This document shows positions 50,501-61,194 of a stretch of DNA of 64,000 bases, piece by piece. The position numbers were made by a program, and so were the translations under genes. The notes below the pieces were generated by a model. It ran no database searches, was not told the DNA's origin, and was given only the letters and a program-made list of their open reading frames with translations. The stretch's first letter is position 1; every line of letters starts with the position of its first letter. The stretch covers positions 370,586-434,585 of the forward strand of contig NW_003314320.1 in the NCBI RefSeq assembly GCF_000143415.4. Direction: 5' to 3'. The stretch is from Selaginella moellendorffii (taxonomy: Eukaryota > Plantae > Lycopodiophyta).

Positions 50501-53040
50501 CTTGAGTCCTCTTCCGTATTTGACCTCCCACGGTCATTACTTCTGGTCTCACATTCATGAGCACCAACCTCAACTATATGAGGAAAATCTTGTGACTCCT
50601 TTATTGCTTTGGAGTCTTTATCTTTCCCGTGATCCCAACTGTAGTTGTTTACCACAACTACATTAGCCCACTTGCTGAGTCAAACACTCATTTGGATCAC
50701 ATCCTCAACTCTTCTTGAGGAAACCTTTATACTGTTCCCAAGACCCCAAAGTCGTTCCATTATTGGCCCGTTTCTATCCACCATCTCACCTACAAGTTCA
50801 CACCTGAACTGTAGTGGAGAGCCATGTCTTCCCGACTTGCTACTCCTTAAGGATAGGCCCACTCCTAGGACCTTCCGATGCTAACCCTCGTGGTGATATA
50901 CTTGAGCACCAATAGAAGTCGGACTAAGGAACAGCTCCGATACCAAGTTGTAAGCGACTAAATTTTCCATTCTACTTTAGTCACTTAACCACACCTCTGA
51001 CCACTTGGAGGAGTCTCATTCACAACCTCCATAAGTCCAATCCAGGACTTGGGACTTGCTAGCCCTGAGAATGGCATCCTTGCCACTCAACATTTGCACT
51101 TGGTCCAAGTGCTCCACGTGTCCGATCCCACGACCGACACTCAAAGGTACCACCGACATAGCAGCCCGTTACGCTAAGGCCATGCCCAATCACCTTTGCC
51201 ACACTGGTAGTCCAATACCACTTGCATCACCGTCTTGGCTCTCCAAGACTAGGCAAACCATCCGTGAGTGGTCATCTCAGATCCACTCCTTAGCATCCTT
51301 AGGATGCCCACTGACAAGGGGAATAGCCTTCCCCAATATCCCTCTGTCAGTCCCCACTAAGTCCCTTTCTGCCCCTGGCCGTGTTTGCCAACACTGCCAC
51401 TAGATTGAGACCCACAGGCCCAACCACTAAGTCCCACGGTCCTCTGGGACTTCCTCACCACACGACTGTGTCCTTGGTCACTACCCCAGAGGACTGCTCC
51501 TCTTCCTTTCCACAGTCTGGGCCTTTGGGACAACATTTCGGAACACCGTGGCCTTACGCGAGCCACCTAGGTACTCTCCTCGCCTTCTGCCCTTGGGTGC
51601 TCTAGCCATGGGCTTAGAGCGGGTTCCGTTGAGCCACACCAGGTATCCAAGTAGGTAGTACCACCCACACTTGGACTGGGAGCATCGGCCAGTCAATCTC
51701 CCGGGGGAACTAGAGCCGGCTCTTGAACACTTCACCAAGCTACCCCGCTTGTCGGTCCGTGTTCACTCTAGTCTTGGACTTCCCAGTGGGCAGCTCATCA
51801 CCCAACACTGGGTCCGGCCTTCCTGGGCCAAACTGGCCTTTCCTGGCCAAACTGGCTCCACTGCAATCCTCCCCCTACTATACTTTTGGAGCTCACCAAA
51901 CCCCCCAGGGTCTGGGAGACGAACGCTTTGGGCTTTCACCCTCTCAGGCTCCGGACTCGGACTCAGACTCGGACTCGGACTCGGACTCGGACTCGGATTC
52001 GGACTCGGACTCGGGCTCGGCCTCGGTCTCGGCCTCGGTCTCGGTCTCGGTCCCGATCTCGGTCTCGGTCTCGGTCTCGGTCCCGGTCTCGGTCCCGGTC
52101 TCGGTCTCGACTTCAGACTCCATCTCGGACTCCATCTCGGACTCCATCTCGGACTCCATCTCGGACTCCACCTCGGGTCCATCTCGGGTCCATCTCGGAC
52201 TCCATCTCGGACTCCATCTCGGGTCCATCTCAGACTCCATCTCGGACTCCATTTCGGGTCCATCTCGGGTCCACCTCGGACTCCATCTCGGACTCCATCT
52301 CGGACTCCATCTCGGGTCCATCTCGGGTCCACCTCAGACTCCACTTCGGACTCCATCTCGGACTCCATCTCGGGTCCATCTCGGACTCCACTTCGGACTC
52401 CAACTCGGGTCCATCTCGGGTCCACCTCGGACTCCACTTCGGACTCCATCTCGGACTCCATCTCGGGTCCATCTCGGACTCCACTTCGGACTCCAACTCG
52501 GGTCCATCTCGGACACTCCCACGTGTCATATGTTGGTCCTTTTGGGTCCCTTTTTGGAGCCTTGCCTTTTGCTCGCTTCGTGCTCGTTCCTCGAGCACTT
52601 CGTTGGGAGTTCCACTCCCGCTCTTGACTTTTCAAGTCGGAGCTTTTGGTCCAAACGTGTTACGCTCGTTTGGCTCTCGCTTCGGCCACTACCATGTGGC
52701 GCCCTTCCGGCTCCACTTTGGGGCCTAGGGATTTTGTGTCTCACAGTACCAAGGGGTGTTAGGAATCTGGAGGCTTGGTGTGCTTGGCTGCTTGTGCCTG
52801 CGGGGAATGTAGCCGAACCTTAAGTCCAGTCTTACCCGGGGAGGGGGATTGGGAGAGATTTGGGAATCCGTAGATGGATGGCTAACACTCCGTTGCTCGT
52901 GCAGTAAGTAGCTGAAACCAAGTAGGAGCTGGTACCATAGGCGAGAACCTTGGCGAGGGAACTTAGCACAAGCCAAGGCAGAGTTGGTCGGATAGGTGAG
53001 GTAAGCTGGTAAATTGGAAAGGAAAAATTTGTGGCTTACA
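44566..53040 (+). mobile_element. Solo LTR A1 (44566-45443 plus 52751-53040), split by element B
   Basis: TG...CA ends; 5-bp TSD AGAAG (44561-44565 / 53041-53045); colinear with the uninterrupted copy at 53918-55073. Confidence 0.9.
45444..52745 (-). mobile_element. Complete non-autonomous LTR retrotransposon B (5'LTR 50949-52745, 3'LTR 45444-46892)
   Basis: TSD GTACC (45439-45443 / 52746-52750); PBS TGGTATCGGAGC on minus at 50934-50945; purine tract at ~46893-46906; near-identical LTRs; 4-kb interior with no long ORF. Confidence 0.93.
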
Positions 53041-53045
53041 AGAAG

Positions 53046-56000
53046 CTCTTTGAGATCCATAAATGCCTACTCATAGTCTACAAACCAGATGAAAAATGAT
53101 GTTAATCACTTCAGCAATGCTTGCAACCGTGTAGTGTGATTAGAAAGATGATCAACAAAACAATTGAGATATTGCACTTTGCCTAAGAAGTGTTATGCAT
53201 CATTCACACATTTCACAATAGGGAACTTTAGGATAGCCATAAGTTTGTCATGATCAACTTGCAAACCCTCATGAGAAATACAATACCTAAGATTAGTTGT
53301 GTTTTTGAACCCAAATACACATTTCAATTGCTTTATCTTTAAACTAACTTCCTATAGCCGATCTAACACTTTATGAACATTATAGACGTGTTCTTCCCAC
53401 ATCCCCTCCAAATGGATCAAGATATCATCAATAAAGTTAGTAGTTACCTCTATTATGTTACAAAAAACCTCGTCCATCATCTACTAGAAAGTTGCTAGAG
53501 AATTGTTTAAACTAAATGGCATCACTAAGAACTCGTATAAACCAAACGGTATAAAAAAAGCAATCTTAGTAATATATTCTTCAGCCATCAATACTTGCCA
53601 GTAACTAAAAGAAAGATCTAACTTAGTGAATAAATAACTTCTTTTTAGATGATCTAAGAAATCAGTAGTGTGAGGAAAAGGGTACACATTTGCAATCATC
53701 ATTTCATTTAACAAAAAATAGTCAATACAAAAATGAATATTCTCATTAGACTTCATCATAAAATAAGGTTCACATGCCCAAAGACTCCACAACTTTCGAA
53801 TAACACCTTTTTTTAGGATTTCTTTGACATTTGCACGTAAAATCTTGAGCTCTTTGGGTGACCAATGATGAACAACAACCTTGATTGGACAAGCATCCTT
53901 AGTTGGAATAGGATAATTGTAAGGAACCGACTCCCCGAGATGCCGTAGGCTAAAGGATCCCCAAAAGCATGACCAAAATGACAAAGAGTTCATCGGATGG
54001 GACCGAGTCGAAGATCGAGTCCAAGACCGACTCTGAGACCGAGTTCGAGATCGAGTCCGGGATCGAGTCTGAGGCTGAATCGGAGACCGAGTTCAAGACC
54101 GAGCTCAAGACAGAGTCCGAGATCCAAATCAGGTCCGAGACCGAGTCCGAGGTCGAGTCCGAAGTTGAGCCCGAGATCGGGTCCGAGATCGAGCCCGAGA
54201 TCGAGTCCAAGACCGAGTCCAAAGTCGGGTCCGAAATCGAGTTCGAGATCGAATCTGAGACTAAGTCCAAATACTAATACGGGTCAAGGGGTGAAAGCCC
54301 AAAGCGTGCGTCTCCCAGGGGGGGGGGCTGCAGGGGATTCCAAAAGTATAGTAGGGATAGTGAGGTCCAAGAACTAGTCTTGGAGGAACTCTCCAATGGT
54401 GCTTCCAAACTGACTTGAGGTTGAGATTGAGGCCGAGGGGCCTTGGGTGGGAGTGAGCATGGGCTTGGGTGGTGCTAGAGGGGCCACCCAGGGAAGTGCT
54501 CAAGAGCAACTCCCACTCCCGAAAGGGAAACCAACTACGGTGCTCCCAGCTCATGTGGAGTGGTGCCCCACTTGAGTACCTTGTGGCTCATTGGTCCTCG
54601 CCCTTCCTAGGGGCTTGGGCCTTCCCTTCGGGATGGAAGTGGGGGGTTAGAGGGGGGGTAGAGGTATCCATACTAGGCCGTTAGGCCACGGTGTTTCGCC
54701 CCGATGTCCCGAAACAAGTGTTGCATCCAAGGCTTGGGATTTAGAGGGTCCCATGATCAAGTCTTGTTGTACCAAGGGGTGTTAGGAACCTGGAGGCTTG
54801 GTGTGCTTGGCTGCTTGTGCCTGCGGGGAGTGTAGCCGAACCTTAAGTCCAGTCTAACCCGGGGAGGGGGATTGGGAGGGATTTGGGAATCCGTGGATGG
54901 AAGGCTAACTCTCCGTTGCTCATGCAGTGAGTAGCTGAAACCAAGTAGGACCAAGTAGGAGCTGGTATAATAGGCGAGAACCTTGGCGAGGGAACTTAGC
55001 ACAAGCCAAGGTAGTGTTGGTCGGATAGACGAGGTAAGCTTGCAAATTGGAAAGGAAAAATTTGTGGCTTACAATAATGTGTTGCAATTTTAGCCCCAAA
55101 CAATAAATTAAATTTAAAGGCATTAGCATACTCCTTCATGAGGCAGTCAACCGCTACAACATAAAGACTGTCGGAGGGATTGGATAAGGAAAGAGATGAA
55201 CAAAATGGAAACATAAAAGGAAGTAATAAGGAAACAAAAGTGATGGAAGCAAAGGTAGAAGCAGAGGGATGAAAAATAATAGAAGTGAGAAAAAAAAAAA
55301 AAAAAAAGATAATATGAGACAAAGAAGAGAAGCGTCAAAGTCACATTTAACATAATTATGCCGCAATGAATATATACCAAGGATAAGGTCAAAAGTTTAA
55401 TTTAGCACCACCTGCAATAACTACAACTCAAGCTTGAGATTACCCATACACACAACTAAGTCCACCTCATCCCCTACAAATGCATATGTATGGTTGTTGT
55501 TATGAAGAATGAAAACTGGCCTTGCCATACGATGCAAATATAAATAGCAATGTATGGCAACAGGCCGAACAATAGAAAATAAACTCAAGCTTGTATCAAC
55601 CAATATGGAAAGAATAATATGAGACCTTTTATTATAAAAATGAACTTGAAAAGTAAATACTAGATGAATTTGTGCCAAGTGAACCCCTTGATAATACTCC
55701 CCAAAAAAAAATGGAGGGGTCATTGACTTACTTATGCAAGGTCCCTCCACTATTCGTGTGACTCTTCATTTTTGGGAAACATCTCAATGTCTAGACTTCC
55801 CACTGCAGCAACACTAACAAAACATTATTAACTCTAAGGTCTCCACCCACGAAATGGGGGTGCCAATCCAGAAAATATTAACAACATCGATAAGTATGAT
55901 CAACTTTATCACATGCCCAATAGTAGATATCACGGTTACAACTATGTCTTTGCCTTTATCCTTGAACTTAGGTAGCAACACTATCAACCTCCATTAGAAC

Positions 56001-56420
56001 AAGACCATCTCGCACAAGAAGTGGAGCTAAAGTAAGTGGAATGAAAACTGGAAGAAGTGACATTTTATAATGTTATGCCAAGCGAAGAACATCATCAAGG
56101 GTGGCTGGAGCAATTGCATACACAAGTTTTACAAGATCTTGATGAAATTCTAGCGACAACATTCCCAACTTGATTTGCTCCAACATATTTGGCTCCACAA
56201 AAAATAAGAGGCTGAAAGGCATCATCACAATTATCAGTATATTCAAATGTGCTTTTGAGGATGTCTGAGAAAATGCTCCAATCCTCATTAGTAGCTACAC
56301 TCAAACCATTGTACCATTGTAGTGCCGTTCCTTAGGGACACGTGGGAAACTCATATAAACACTAAGCATCATCCCAAGAATGATATGTGGCAATCACTAT
56401 AAAGTGATTAAACGAATGGT
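53046..56420 (-). mobile_element. Old degenerate Ty3/gypsy gag-pol, interrupted by solo LTR A2
   Basis: RT motifs FCIDY, FTKLDLSFSYWQV, GLYEFLVMPF and FIDDILI (~53415-53870); protease-like ILVDT (~55600); gag-like ALQWYNGL...WSIFSDILKSTF (~56240-56330). Many stops. Confidence 0.85.
53918..55073 (+). mobile_element. Solo LTR A2
   Basis: TG...CA ends; TSD ATAAT (53913-53917 / 55074-55078); same family as A1. Confidence 0.92.
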
Positions 56421-57064
56421 ACACATCATTTTATATTATATATAATTAATATTACACAATTATTTAACCTTTCTATTTTTAATATTTTATAATTAAATAA
56501 AATTACTTAAATATAATTATGAGATCCAAGTGTACTACTACGATGCTATATACTAATATTAGCATAGTGGGATTTTGGTAGCTATCGAATGAGTTTCAAT
56601 TTGGACCACTTGCTCCTGTATATAAACTAGGGTTTTTGGGCTAATTGATATACATATTTTTGTATTCTCTTTCCATATTCAATACACTCTCATTGGTGGA
56701 GATGAGGGGCAGCTTTAATTGTCCCTGAGGAGTGCTAGGATTTGGGATTTTAATTTAAATCTAATATTTCTCATAATAAATTATTATCTCTAAACATGTT
56801 TGAAGCATTATATACTTCATTTAATGCCTACTATTTTCTTATAACTTCTCTTAACGTCTTCTCTTTTGCTCTTTCTTTTTCGTTCATCTTCATGGTAAAG
56901 TAATAGCCTCTTCCTCCTTTGATTCTAGAGCAGCAATTGATGCAATTATTCCATGCTATGTAATTGTAGTTAAACAATCAAACTCATTTGATAGCAACAT
57001 TTATGGCACATGGTATAGCTCCTCTTACTCTTGTTGCCAATCCTTGCATCTAATAGGAGTTATT

Positions 57065-57138
57065 CCATAGTAAGGTTTATAAATACATATACATACATAT
57101 ATATATATACATATACATACATATATATACATATACAT

Positions 57139-57233
<95 letters not shown>

Positions 57234-59415
57234 CCTAGATAATTATAGCTAATTATAACCCTATAACATGTGGACCGTCTATTTGAAATTGAATCTAGGA
57301 TCTAAAACCCAATTAATCTACTTATTGCTATATCCTGAGCACTCATATTGATGGAAGTGAGGGGCACTCTTATTTATCTTTGAAGGGTAAAATTTTTTGG
57401 CAATGCTTTACTCTAGTATTTGGGATGATGCTTTTTGTTCTTATTTCTTCATTCTTTTTTTAATCTAGATCTGTATTATCATTTTGCAAAATAAAATTTT
57501 TTAATTATTGAGGTTTACTCTTTCTTTTAATCTTTATTGCATTCTCTTTTTCTACTATACCACACTGTTATTGATCAAGGAGTATGGCATTTGAGGTTAT
57601 TGATGCTACTCCAATAGATTAAACTTTTGGTCCTATAGGTTGTGATCATATTAATGCTGTAGCCATTTTTAATGTGGTTTTGTCTCCAACATCCATAAGA
57701 CATGATTACATGGCTTGTTTTATTCTCAATGTTTTGTTATCTCCTATTAATGTGGAGTGTGATTGTGACATCTATTAACAAGTTGTGGATAATGCAATCT
57801 GATTCTTGAAGAATGTTTAAGGATTGAGTTTATGGGAAGACAATGTGTACAAGATCAAATGATTATGATGAGGAACTTGATTATTATAAAGATAACTTTG
57901 GAGACAAAGAGATTTCATGGGATAGGTGTCAATCTTTCAATTTACCATTTAATTCTTTTTTTTACCTTTTTCTTTTTCCCAACTTATTTCTTGGCCTAAG
58001 TTACCTTCTTGTGTTTTTAGTGTTTTCTTTTTTTGTTACATTAATCATTTGTGACTCTTATGATTCTCATTTTTTGGTCTAGTGTTAGGTTGAGTGTTTT
58101 ATATCCTCATCATACTAATCTAAATATTAAGTATATGCATGAAGTTAAAAATCTTGCTTTTATTTGTTGGCAAAGTTTTTGAACAATTCTAGTGTTAAGT
58201 ATTCCTTTGTTCCAAAAGTTAAGTCACTTTGGCCAAAGTTTCAAATTGAATACGTATCCCCGCTTATAAGTATTGTTTAAAGATTTTACTTTACTATTGC
58301 TATTAAAGAGTTTATATGTTTTCTTGAGAGTGTAGTCATTTTTATTGATTTTCCCATCTCAAATATTGAGTTATAGTAGTGATTTTTTTACTAATATTGT
58401 GATGGCTGAAATATTTTATAGAAAATCCTCAATTTCCAAACTTTGGGCATATGTTTTTCTTTTAATTTCCCCATTTTAGCATTATTAACTACTTTCTTTT
58501 CTTTACCTTGATGCTTCAAACTTTTTTTCCTTTGGAGAAGGGGGTAGAGAGGATGAATAAAAGTTCAGTTGTAATGATGAAGTGAGGATAAATGAATACA
58601 ATAGTGGAATAAAGACACATGATATAGATTATAGAGTGAAGTCAGACATAACAAGTTCAAACAAAACATTTGGCTCTAATGTAGTAAAGCTAAATAAATG
58701 TGATTGTGGAGTAAGCCCAAACATAAATGGCAAAGTGAGGATGAGTATAACAAATTTGAATAAAGCTAGTATTTCAAAACTTTTTTTTTTTTTTTTGAGG
58801 AAGGAAGAAGAAATATGTAAAGGATGAATAGAGTGAGTCCAACCTTCCATATGCAGTGCCAGACAAAGACAATGGTTATGAGTCTAAATTAACATAAGTC
58901 CTAGATATTAATAGAAAAGGAAGATATAAAAGTAGGTTTTGCTTATAATCGTGAGTCCGAGTTAATAGTGGTTTTGGAGGATTGTCAACAAGTAGATTAA
59001 AAAATGGAATATATTATTTGTTGTAATGGTGTGTTATAAATTATAGTGGCTCTTAAAGTCCTTTATTTTTGTTCAAAGTTATAGCTTTGTGGTTGGTTTA
59101 AACATTTGGCAGTTGGATATGGAGTTACAATTGATTCATTAAAATTCCGTAGTTGATTGATATTTGTGCCATGGCTTTAAATTTTGTTTTAGTCATGGTT
59201 ATTAATAAGTTTGTTGATGGTTTTGTGCTTCATATTCTTGTAGTAGTGCAGATATTCCACCTAACTTATTATCATCAACTTCTTATCTTCTGAAGGGGAG
59301 TATGGTGTAATATTTGTAAAAATATACATGTATATACATATATTACCATAGCTAAGTAATACATTAATTATAATACTATAGCATATAGACCGTCCATTTG
59401 GGATTGAATTTGTAT
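57065..59415 (+). mobile_element. Possible eroded LTR element
   Basis: Repeat 57243-57295 resembles 59348-59410; PBS-like sequence at 57348 (related TGGTGGAGATG at 56694); purine tract 59292-59300 before TGTAAT. Confidence 0.4.
57083..57230. repeat. (TA)n/(TACA)n microsatellite
   Basis: Direct inspection. Confidence 0.95.
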
Positions 59416-60008
59416 ATATTAAATTGTATTTCAAACTCTTATAAAGTTAACTGTCCAATATTAAAAATATTTTAGACTATAGTAACAGCTGGTTTAATTT
59501 TTATTTGAAACTAACTTTTAAATTATAAACATGTATATAAATTATAAATACAAGATTAATATAATGAATAATAACTGTGAGATCGTAGAATATTCTAGAA
59601 TATCCAGCATATATCTTTATTTTGCCATATAACGGGAAAAATATTTAAAAAATTGTGCCTTGTCAGTATTTCACTTTATCAATCGAACATTCCCCTCTAT
59701 TTCGTTCAATTGGCTCCAGTCTACATGCCAAAACGTACACCAAGCTTTTTCCTAGGTGGTCCTCGACAGCCTTAACTCCTTACAATGACTGCAAAAAGGT
59801 AGCTGACGCTTGGAGCCAAATCTTCACGAGAATACTGATATCTCAAATAATTTCAGTTCATGACATAGATATGGCAATGGATGGACAAGCTCGTTACAAA
59901 GAAAACAGAAAGTTCCTGTTCTCCACCTCCAAGTTTTATCTCTTCTACTCCAATGTGAATCAAAAGCGGAATAACATACATATATATTACACTCCTCAAT
60001 GGAAGAAC

Positions 60009-60659
60009 TCACTTCTTTGGAACAAATGGAGCCTTGAGCTTGTCCACGACATTGGTACCCACAAACAGAGTCTTGGAGAGCACGCCGTCTGGGATGCCAC
60101 TGCCCAGCAGCGCGTTCGCAACGAGCTGGAATCCGGGCGACTGGCTGCTCAAGCTCGCAAACGCCAAAGCCGTGGAATTCCCGGCATTCACCTGGAAGTG
60201 GATGAGCCCCTTCGGAAACGCCATCACCTCGCCCTTGTTGACCGTAGCGGCATACAACTTGTTGTCCGTGGTGATGAACCCGGCGTAGATGGTTCCCTCG
60301 AGGACGTGGAAGAGCTCGGACGCGCGCGGGTGCGTGTGTGGCGGGACGAGGCCTCCCTTGGCGAAATCCAGGCGCGCGATGGACAGGCCGAGGGTGTTGA
60401 GAGCCGGGAAGGCCTGGACGACCCCAAACACGGCCCCCAGGCCATTGGCGTTGTTGGTGCTGGCCGGGGTGGCGAGGCCCTTGAAGACGAAGTCGGCCGC
60501 GCTGGGAGGGGATGTCTTGCAAGGGTATCCATTGACGGAGAGCTTGGATTTGAGGTCGGCGACGCAGGTGTCCTGCAGGGGATCACTATCGTAGGCATTT
60601 GTGGTGCTGGGCGAGAATGCAAGTGCTACGAGGAGGAGCATCACTGCTGCTGCTGCCAT
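60009..60659 (-). CDS. Germin-like protein (cupin), secreted, intronless
   Basis: Signal peptide; DSDPLQDTCVAD, NGYPCK; germin boxes GGLVPPHTHPRASE and FPKGLIHFQ. Confidence 0.95.
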   Translation of the reverse strand: MAAAAVMLLLVALAFSPSTTNAYDSDPLQDTCVADLKSKLSVNGYPCKTSPPSAADFVFKGLATPASTNNANGLGAVFGVVQAFPALNTLGLSIARLDFAKGGLVPPHTHPRASELFHVLEGTIYAGFITTDNKLYAATVNKGEVMAFPKGLIHFQVNAGNSTALAFASLSSQSPGFQLVANALLGSGIPDGVLSKTLFVGTNVVDKLKAPFVPKK

Positions 60660-61194
60660 TGCGACTGGAGTTGGAGCGGAGGAGGATATTTGGAGAGGAG
60701 AGATGGCGCGTGAATTTCTTTCGGAGTTGGGGACTGGGGATTGGGAGGAGAGTAGCCTCCAAAGGTCTTGGTTGTGGTGGTATATAACTTGGACGCGGGG
60801 ATACGAAGGATATGCGACGCGCGGGAGCTTTCGTAGCCAGCTTGTAAACGGGACCCACAGGATAAAGTAGACCTCTAGGTGTTCACACTGCAAAATTTTA
60901 AAAGGCTAAAACTTCTTAGGTTTACCATTTTTGTTAATTTAGGTTAGCATGAATGACATAGAAGTACAATATTTCAAAAATATATTATAAAAGATTTCTT
61001 TAATCGAACGGTTGTGATCTTCTACTTTTAAACTTCACTAATTATATTAAAACGACAATTTAACATTAAAACCTAGAAAGAAATCGTGCAAGCCATTTGC
61101 TTTCTACTTTTCTAGAGTAAAATGGTGGGGTGATTATACAAATTTTTGGAGGGCCTTATTTCGCCTCGAGCTCTCTCTCATCCATTCTCGATCT

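Noticed and set aside
44598-54377. Long ORFs such as SESESE, RPRPRP and GLHLGLHL in several frames
   Set aside because: By-products of stop-free hexamer arrays inside LTRs; open on both strands.
44566-55073. One intact LTR element bounded by A1 and A2
   Set aside because: Each LTR has its own TSD, there is no PBS or PPT between them, and the enclosed RT is antisense.
57031-57252. YIYIYI ORF
   Set aside because: Translation of the (TA)n microsatellite.
59655-60713. 352-aa plus-strand ORF (also the antisense ORFs at 26798-27679 and 39891-40760)
   Set aside because: Antisense shadows of GC3-rich coding sequence with no recognisable motifs.
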